This document shows positions 58,314 to 64,000 of a stretch of DNA of 64,000 nucleotides, piece after piece. Under the pieces are notes generated by a model that had not been told where the DNA came from, searched no databases, and worked only from the letters and a program-made list of their open reading frames with translations. Within the stretch, counting starts at the first letter, position 1; the number at the start of each line of letters is the position of its first letter. Both the position numbers and the translations under genes were made by a program. Origin of the DNA: Spirochaetia bacterium (GTDB lineage Bacteria; Spirochaetota; Spirochaetia; SZUA-6; Bin103); NCBI GenBank assembly GCA_965243555.1, contig OZ251575.1, forward strand, positions 3,685,880-3,749,879, written 5' to 3'.

Positions 58314-58490
58314 ATGAGCACGCCGCCCCCGCCGGATCCGGTCACCCTGGAGATCATGCGCAACCGTTGGAAGGGAATCGCCGAAGAGTGCTGCGCGGCG
58401 CTGGTGCGGGCGAGCCATTCGACCAACATCAAGGACCGCCGCGACTGCTCGGGTCGAAGCTGTCGATCCACAGGAAGAACGGCCGCATAG
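58314..58490 (+). pseudogene. hyuB (hydantoinase B) N-terminal fragment
   Basis: 'MSTPPPPDPVTLEIMRNRWKGIAEECCAALVRASHSTNIKDRRDCS' is a typical HyuB start; it then runs into a stop after 58 codons. Confidence 0.5.
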
Positions 58491-59100
58491 CGTGGTTGTC
58501 GTCGAGCCAGTCGCACGCCGCGCGGAAGACGCGCGCGCAACTGTAGTCGTCCGCCGACCGCCGGTGGCGCTGATTGAGCAGATAGTTGACCAGCGCCGCT
58601 CCGTCGGTTCCACGGCTCGTTCGGTGACTGTGTTGATTTGCGACTGCAATCAGTCCCCATAGCGCTATAGCGAGCTCGGCTCGGCATTGCGAAGTAAGGG
58701 GCGCCGACTTCTTATCGTGGGCACCTGCTATCGGTTGGCTACCAGCCATCCGGGTCGATTTGTCGAAGCACCAGCTAGCGTATCGGCATCCGATTTGTCC
58801 GCTTTCGGGACACTCAAGAGGAAGTTTTTTCCGGGCGCCACAGAACCCGATGATGTTGTATCGTTATCTTCCGCTTGCTCGGGGAGCCCTAACAACAGGC
58901 ATAGCAACGGAAGCGCGAAGCGAAGAGGGTGAGCTGCGAGAGCGCGCTCATCACGTGCCACAGTATACGACTGAGTCTTCTTCTTTGACCCAGCCGTTGG
59001 TTGAGTTGGGTCTGGTACCGCCGACTCGGAAATTGTTCCAAGATAGTGACACCCATCAATCGGAACCGATATCTTGCGGTTCTAACGACTCAATGTGGAA

Positions 59101-59450
59101 TTAGACTTCCCCTCTCGGTGCCGAAGTGCACGCGGCGTCGTCCTGCCACAGCTTGAGTTGCACCAGTTGCTCCGGTTCGTCGATCCGGTCGCTGTACTCC
59201 AGCCGCACCCCCGTCCCGCCCGGCGCCAGCCGCCAATTCGGCGCCAACGGCACCCGCCCCTCGCGGTCCGCGTCCGCCGGCAGCAGCGACGCCAGCACCG
59301 CCGCCCGCGTCGCCACCAGCGGGCGCCGCGTCCACCAGACGTGCAGGTAGTAGGTGGGAGGCAGCGCCGTCATCGACCGGCGCTCGCGGATGCTCTCCTC
59401 CCCAAGCGCCCCAATCGGCAGCCACCGCTCAATCAGCCGCGTATCACTCA
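59101..59450 (-). pseudogene. N-terminal remnant (116 aa) of a second, divergent DUF1156-type methyltransferase
   Basis: 'MSDTRLIERWLPIGALGEESIRERRS...YYLHVWWTRRPLVATRAAVLASLLP' parallels the N-terminus of the intact DUF1156 gene ('LIEDYLPLNVLSEIASREK...HYWPGRKPITAMRAAIYAAL'). A premature stop follows, into low-GC DNA. Confidence 0.5.
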
Positions 59451-59510
59451 TATCCCAGGTACCGCAATGGCGAGCCGTGTCAAATACACGTTCGGAGGGC
59501 CGGCGGCTGT

Positions 59511-60530
59511 TTACGACGTCCAGTCGAAGACTACGCCTACGTACTCGTCTTTGCGGGTGCGCAGGCTGGCGTAGACCGCGGGGGCGTCGTCGGGGCTCAC
59601 GACGTGGGTGATCAGCTCGCGCATCCGCAGCCGGCCGGTCTGCTGCAGCCACCACGCGACGCGCGAGTTGCGCTCCAGGGAGTGCTTGACGTTGGGATCG
59701 TGCAGGACGGGATAGCGCCACTCGTGCGCTCCCTTGAGGGTGACGCAGCCCTGCGGCCAGAGATGCACGCCCTGCAGCAACGCCGTGAGGTCGCCCTGCG
59801 CCTCTCCCCGCGGCGTGCCCAGGAGGATCAACTCTCCCCGCTTGCCCACCCATTCCATCTCGCCGGCGATGGCGCGCGGGTTGCCCGTGGCGTCGATCAC
59901 GGCGGCGGCGCCCTCACCGCCGGTCAGCTCCTCGAGGCGCGCCGCGGCGTCTTCCTGCGCGGCGTTGACGGTCTGCTCAATGCCGCACTTCCGGGCCAGG
60001 GCGATGCGCCCGGCGCTCACGTCCACTCCGATCACGCGGCCGCCCTGGATCTGCGCGAGCTGCGCCGCCAGATTCCCCACCGCGCCGAGTCCGGCCACCG
60101 CCACGAAGTCGCCGGCTTCTATGTCGGAGACCCGGATGCTGGTGAACGCAACCGTGGCCAGGCGCGTCATCGCCGCCACCGCTCCGTCGATTCCCTCCGG
60201 CACCGGCAGCAGGAAGTCACCCTGCTTGCGGCGGTTGTATGACTGGTGGCCGCCGTAGTGCAGCACTACCTCGCCTTCGCGCAAACCGCTCACGGCGCCG
60301 CCCAGCGCCGCGACGCGCCCGACCGTCGCGTAGCCCGGCACGCGCGGCAGCGAGAACCAGGCTTCCCTGCCGGCAAGGCAGGCGAGCTCGGTGCCGGCGC
60401 TCACCACCGAGTAGAGCGACTCGATGAGAAGCTCGTCCCGGCCCAGGCCATCGGTACTGACCTCTTCCTGCTGAACCTCCACCGTCTGCGGCGCGGTAAA
60501 GACGATCTTGCGGTTGCTGCGTTGCATCAC
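59511..60530 (-). CDS. Zinc-type alcohol dehydrogenase-like (MDR superfamily) protein
   Basis: 339 aa with a 'GAGAVG'-type Rossmann segment ('VAGLGAVGNLAAQLAQ') and GroES-like N-terminal domain. Confidence 0.75.
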   Translation of the reverse strand: MMQRSNRKIVFTAPQTVEVQQEEVSTDGLGRDELLIESLYSVVSAGTELACLAGREAWFSLPRVPGYATVGRVAALGGAVSGLREGEVVLHYGGHQSYNRRKQGDFLLPVPEGIDGAVAAMTRLATVAFTSIRVSDIEAGDFVAVAGLGAVGNLAAQLAQIQGGRVIGVDVSAGRIALARKCGIEQTVNAAQEDAAARLEELTGGEGAAAVIDATGNPRAIAGEMEWVGKRGELILLGTPRGEAQGDLTALLQGVHLWPQGCVTLKGAHEWRYPVLHDPNVKHSLERNSRVAWWLQQTGRLRMRELITHVVSPDDAPAVYASLRTRKDEYVGVVFDWTS

Positions 60531-60541
60531 GGAACAGTAGC

Positions 60542-60922
60542 CTAACTGCGCGGCTTGCGGGAGTTGTACTCCTCGTGGGTTTCAACTCGCGCCGGCGTCA
60601 CGGTGCCGTTGGAAACGCGGCACACCATGCGGTAGCTGCGCGTCACCGGGATGCTGACGATGTTGCGGTCATGCTGCAGCCGTTTGCCGGTAAACTCGCG
60701 GTAGTCGCGTCCCTCCGCAAGCGCCTGAATAATCTCCCGAGACTTTTCCACGATGTTGCGCGGTAGCTTGGTCAGGTCAATCGGGTCCGCGGCGAAGGTC
60801 TGCTTCCACTCGTCCTTCTGCTGCCGCTTCAGACGCCGGCCCTGCTCCTGCTTGGCGCATTGGTGACAGAACTGCCCAAAACCGCGATGACCACAAGGAA
60901 AGGTGCGTTTTCGCTTCGGCAT
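60542..60922 (-). CDS. Hypothetical Zn-ribbon protein with a possible RelE/ParE-like C-terminus
   Basis: 126 aa. N-terminal 'CGHRGFGQFCHQC'. C-terminal 'REFTGKRLQHDRNIVSIPVTRSYRMVCRVSNGTV' is reminiscent of RelE/ParE toxins, but the match is weak. Confidence 0.35.
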   Translation of the reverse strand: MPKRKRTFPCGHRGFGQFCHQCAKQEQGRRLKRQQKDEWKQTFAADPIDLTKLPRNIVEKSREIIQALAEGRDYREFTGKRLQHDRNIVSIPVTRSYRMVCRVSNGTVTPARVETHEEYNSRKPRS

Positions 60923-60931
60923 AGCGGATAC

Positions 60932-61831
60932 CTACTCTGCGCCGCCGGCGGCGGCCGCCGCCAGATGGCGGGCGAGCTGGTCGCGGAAACGCACCTCGCT
61001 GTTGTCGCGCGGCGCGTAACCGATGACGCGGCGCGCGTTGGCGATACTCCAGAAGGCGTGGGAGTTGTTGCTGATGCCGTAGAACACCTGAAACGGCACC
61101 CCGCGCTCGTCGCGGACGTCCTCGGTCTCAATGCTCTTGACGATGAGCTGCACCAGGTCGCGGCGGCTCAGGTACACCGCCAGCCCGCGCCGCACTTGGC
61201 GCATGTTGCCCGGTTCGGCCCGCTCCAGATCATCCTCCCGCGGCCCGCCGATCCGAATCTGCACGTTCTCCACCGCCGGCGCGTCGGGTGCGCCCTGGGC
61301 GAAGATGAACCCCAGGTGCTCATAGGTAGCCTTGGCCCAGCCGTAATAGCCGACCGCGCGCTCCTGCATCTCCGGTGTGACCACGTCCCAGGAGCCGTCC
61401 AGGATCAACGACTCGTAGTAGTCAGCGGCGTGGTTGGAGCTGATCATCACCACCCGCCGCACCCCTTCCTCGCGCGCCGTCTGACAGACGTTGTAGGCCA
61501 TCGCCACGTTGGTGAACTCGGAGCGGAACCGCGCTTCGTTCTGCGCGGCTATGCCGCCGTCTCCCGCCGGCGCCCCCGGGTGCACGAACGCGCAATGCAC
61601 CACCGCGTCCGCGCCGGCGAAGTGGGCGCGGTAAGTGTCGCGGTCCTGTTTCGTCAGGTCCGCCACCTCCACCCCCTCCACCGGATTGCCGTTGCGGTCC
61701 TCCCGGCGCAGGTCCAGCAAGGTCGGGTCGTAGCGGCGGCGCAGGTCCGGCAGCATCAGGCCGGCAACGTAGCCGGCGGCGCCGGTAATCACCACCCGCC
61801 GCCGCGCTGCTTTCGCAGTTGGGTTACTCAT
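60932..61831 (-). CDS. NAD-dependent epimerase/dehydratase (extended SDR) family protein
   Basis: 'VVITGAAGYVAG' Rossmann motif and 'YGWAK' (YxxxK) catalytic motif. Confidence 0.8.
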   Translation of the reverse strand: MSNPTAKAARRRVVITGAAGYVAGLMLPDLRRRYDPTLLDLRREDRNGNPVEGVEVADLTKQDRDTYRAHFAGADAVVHCAFVHPGAPAGDGGIAAQNEARFRSEFTNVAMAYNVCQTAREEGVRRVVMISSNHAADYYESLILDGSWDVVTPEMQERAVGYYGWAKATYEHLGFIFAQGAPDAPAVENVQIRIGGPREDDLERAEPGNMRQVRRGLAVYLSRRDLVQLIVKSIETEDVRDERGVPFQVFYGISNNSHAFWSIANARRVIGYAPRDNSEVRFRDQLARHLAAAAAGGAE

Positions 61832-61833
61832 CG

Positions 61834-62940
61834 CTACGGTACCAGCACCACGCGGCCGTCGACGCGGCCGGCGTGCAGCTCGGCGAACACCTCGTTCACC
61901 TCCGCCAGCGGCCGGCGCGATATTGGCGGCGGCTCGATGCGGCCGGCGCGGCGCAGTTCGATCAGCTCGCGCAGGTCCTCGGGGGTACCCAGGTGCGAAC
62001 CGCGCACCGCCAGCAGCTTGTAGACGTAATCGGGCACCGGCACGGAAAGCGCCCCGCCGAACATGCCCACCACCACGTGGGTGCCGCCGCGCCGCAACGA
62101 GTCAATCGCCATCTGCGAAGTATCCGGCTTGCCCACGAAGTCCACCGAGGCGGCGACGCCGGCCCCGCCACCGCTCTGCTCCTTGAGGCGGCGCCCGGCG
62201 TCCGGGTCGGCGGAGTCGATGGCGGCGTCCGCGCCGTTGGCCTCGGCCAGCGCCCGCTTCGCGGGGCTGACGTCAGCCACCACGATGCGCGCCTCGGTCA
62301 TGATGCGGGCAACGCGCAAGGCGCTCAACCCGACGCCGCCGGCGCCCACCAGCAGCAGCGTGTCGCCGGCGCCGATGCGGCCCAGCGTGCCGGTGCTCTC
62401 CGGGTTGGTGGTGAGGGCGCGCTTCACCGCCGCGTACCCGGTGATGCCGGCGCAGGCGTAGGTAGCGGCCACCTCCGCGGCAACGCCGTCGTGCGGCTGC
62501 AGGTAGCGCGGGTGCGGCACCAGCAGGTAGTCGCTGAAGCCGCCGTCCACGCGCGCCCCCAGGTAGCGCCCGCGCTCGCACAGGATGTCCTCCTCGCGCA
62601 GGCACGCCGCGCAACCCCGGCATCCGACCCACGGCCACACCACCCGGGGCGCGCCGACCGCCACTCCCGCGGCCGCCGGATCGTCCACCTCCGGCCCCAC
62701 CGCGGCCACGGTGCCGACCGGCTCGTGCCCGAGGGTGAGCGGAAGCCGCACCCCCAGGTCGGCCAGCACGCGCCGGCGGCCGCCGCCCAGGCCGAAGTAC
62801 CCCTCGTGGATGTGCAGGTCGCTGTGGCACACGCCGCACGTCTCCACCTGCAGCAGCACCTCCGTGCCCTGCGGGTCGGGCGTGGGATAGGTGCGTCTCT
62901 CCAGCGGCCGGCCCCACTCCACCACCTGATAACTAGTCAT
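61834..62940 (-). CDS. Zinc-dependent alcohol dehydrogenase
   Basis: 'CGVCHSDLH' zinc motif, a second Zn site 'CRGCAAC' and 'LVGAGGVG' Rossmann motif. Start 'MTSYQ' at 62940; the track ORF is over-extended. Confidence 0.85.
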   Translation of the reverse strand: MTSYQVVEWGRPLERRTYPTPDPQGTEVLLQVETCGVCHSDLHIHEGYFGLGGGRRRVLADLGVRLPLTLGHEPVGTVAAVGPEVDDPAAAGVAVGAPRVVWPWVGCRGCAACLREEDILCERGRYLGARVDGGFSDYLLVPHPRYLQPHDGVAAEVAATYACAGITGYAAVKRALTTNPESTGTLGRIGAGDTLLLVGAGGVGLSALRVARIMTEARIVVADVSPAKRALAEANGADAAIDSADPDAGRRLKEQSGGGAGVAASVDFVGKPDTSQMAIDSLRRGGTHVVVGMFGGALSVPVPDYVYKLLAVRGSHLGTPEDLRELIELRRAGRIEPPPISRRPLAEVNEVFAELHAGRVDGRVVLVP

Positions 62941-63250
62941 GCCCCGATCATAGCACCCCGCCATTGTCCGCGTCACGGGGAGGCCCGCCGGGGCCGGGCA
63001 CGCCTGCAATGTTCGGCCCCAGCCGGTTGAGCAACGGCTTGCCGGCATGCCACCGTGGCACGATGAAGGCACGGAGCATCGAGTACCAGCCGGGCGGCGG
63101 CGTGCGGCTGGTGGAGGTCGCCGCATCGCCGTGGTCGGCTGCGGCTTCATGGGGCTGATGCTGTTGCAAGGGCGTCGTCACCCTCGACTCATGATGGCCG
63201 AAACGACCGGATTGAAGCGCAGGTGACGCAAGGCGCATGATAGACAACAG

Positions 63251-64000
63251 ATGACACGAACCAAGCCGCGCGCTGCCCCGCGCACGTTCTCGACCGTGGA
63301 CGCGCGGCCAACGCCGCACGGAGTCCTTGCCTCCCTTGCCGTCGACCGTACGTCACTCCCTCAGAGCAGTCTCGACATCGCCCATCGCGTACGTACCAAC
63401 CCGTTTCCGTGGACCGGCCAGTTTTCTCCGCAGCTCGTTCAGCAGCTATTGGAGGCCTATGCGCCGCCCGCCGGGGTAGTCCTGGACCCGTTCGTGGGCA
63501 GTGGCACGTCCCTGATCGAGTCGGCGCGGCTGGGGCTCGCGGCCTACGGAAGCGAACTCAACCCCGCGGCGGCGATACTTTCCCAGGTGTATGAAGCGGT
63601 CAACCTGGACTCCCGTCATCGGGCCGAGGCGCTCGCCGTCGTTCGCGAGCGTCTCTTTGACGCGATCGGCTCGCCGTACGGTCCGTTGTTCTGCGATCGG
63701 GCGCCCGGTCCGGCTGACCGAGCCGCTCTCGAGGCCGCGCTCGTGCGCCTGTGGCGCGATTCAGCGACCGGCATAACGCGAAAGCTGGCCGCGGCCCTGA
63801 TCGTGCTGTGCGACTTTCATCAACGACACCTCGATGCGGACAAGGTGCGCAAGACGTGGTCGCGGCTTGAAGACACCGTGCGCGGCCTGCCGGAGTCGCC
63901 GTGCCCCGTCGTCGCGCGCCACGCCGACGCCCGAGCGCTGCCGGTCGAGTCGGGCACGATCGACATGGTACTTACTTCGCCGCCATACATCAACGTCCAC
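63251..64000 (+). CDS. DNA methyltransferase (N6-adenine/N4-cytosine family), 3'-partial at the window edge
   Basis: Open frame from the ATG at 63251 to the end of the window with no stop, so it is absent from the ORF track. 'VLDPFVGSGTSLIESARLG' (AdoMet motif I) and the terminal 'MVLTSPPY' (motif IV). Confidence 0.55.
   Translation, partial: MTRTKPRAAPRTFSTVDARPTPHGVLASLAVDRTSLPQSSLDIAHRVRTNPFPWTGQFSPQLVQQLLEAYAPPAGVVLDPFVGSGTSLIESARLGLAAYGSELNPAAAILSQVYEAVNLDSRHRAEALAVVRERLFDAIGSPYGPLFCDRAPGPADRAALEAALVRLWRDSATGITRKLAAALIVLCDFHQRHLDADKVRKTWSRLEDTVRGLPESPCPVVARHADARALPVESGTIDMVLTSPPYINVH

Noticed and set aside
57332-58687. N-terminal ~450 residues of track ORF 53756..58687 (would make a 1643-aa helicase)
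   Set aside because: This portion is antisense to the hyuA/hyuB fragments and has no helicase motifs. An AT-richer divergent intergenic region and a GTG at 57331 give a sensible 1191-aa SNF2 protein.
58450-59100. Low-GC stretch examined for a mobile element or small genes (ORFs 58429..58749 minus, 58687..58932 plus, 58760..59104 plus)
   Set aside because: No transposase or integrase-like motifs and no terminal inverted repeats that I could see. The ORF translations are unconvincing. Treated as degraded or non-coding DNA.

Overview
This is a high-GC (~70%) bacterial chromosomal window. The gene content (Uma2 endonucleases, CRTAC1/ASPIC proteins) suggests Chloroflexota or a similar thermophile, but that is a guess. 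Because of the GC content, long open frames run on both strands almost everywhere, so most ORFs in the six-frame track are artefacts. I called genes by recognisable protein families, start-codon context and operon logic.

Positions 1-33400 are mostly housekeeping and metabolic genes: a KH-domain protein, rpsP, ffh, an S41 tail-specific protease followed by two tandem PD40 lipoprotein paralogs, an FtsH-like protease, rnhB, smc, an ABC substrate-binding protein, two tandem CRTAC1-family paralogs, amidase, FGGY kinase, LarA-like protein, two sulfatase-like genes, a DCC protein, a small orphan N4/N6 DNA methyltransferase, DoxX, mutM and an aldo-keto reductase. A small lower-GC islet at about 18.2-20.6 kb carries a P-loop protein, an AAA_21-type (OLD/ABC-like) ATPase and a 96-aa orphan ORF.

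From about 33.4 to 59.5 kb lies a lower-GC defence island of about 26 kb. It contains:
(i) a tightly coupled four-gene operon: a cysteine desulfurase, a DUF4007 protein, a 1704-aa fusion of a P-loop NTPase with a GHKL (Bergerat-fold) ATPase, and a single-HKD phospholipase-D-family nuclease. It has no DndC/SspD-type PAPS-reductase gene. I could not match it to any named system and regard it as a candidate new defence system.
(ii) a convergent Dam-family methyltransferase plus ParB-like nuclease operon. The 5' end of the Dam gene is duplicated in inverted orientation immediately upstream of the cysteine-desulfurase operon, with a 22-bp perfect core. The two copies bracket the 10.2-kb cassette.
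(iii) a DUF499 ATPase / DUF1156 methyltransferase / SNF2-DUF3780 helicase restriction-modification-like system, interrupted by two face-to-face Uma2 endonucleases, an AAA-ATPase fragment and a UvrD-like helicase.
(iv) a decay scar: truncated hyuA and hyuB, low-GC non-coding DNA and a truncated second DUF1156 gene.

The window ends with dehydrogenase genes and a partial additional DNA methyltransferase. I recognised no rRNA, tRNA or CRISPR array.
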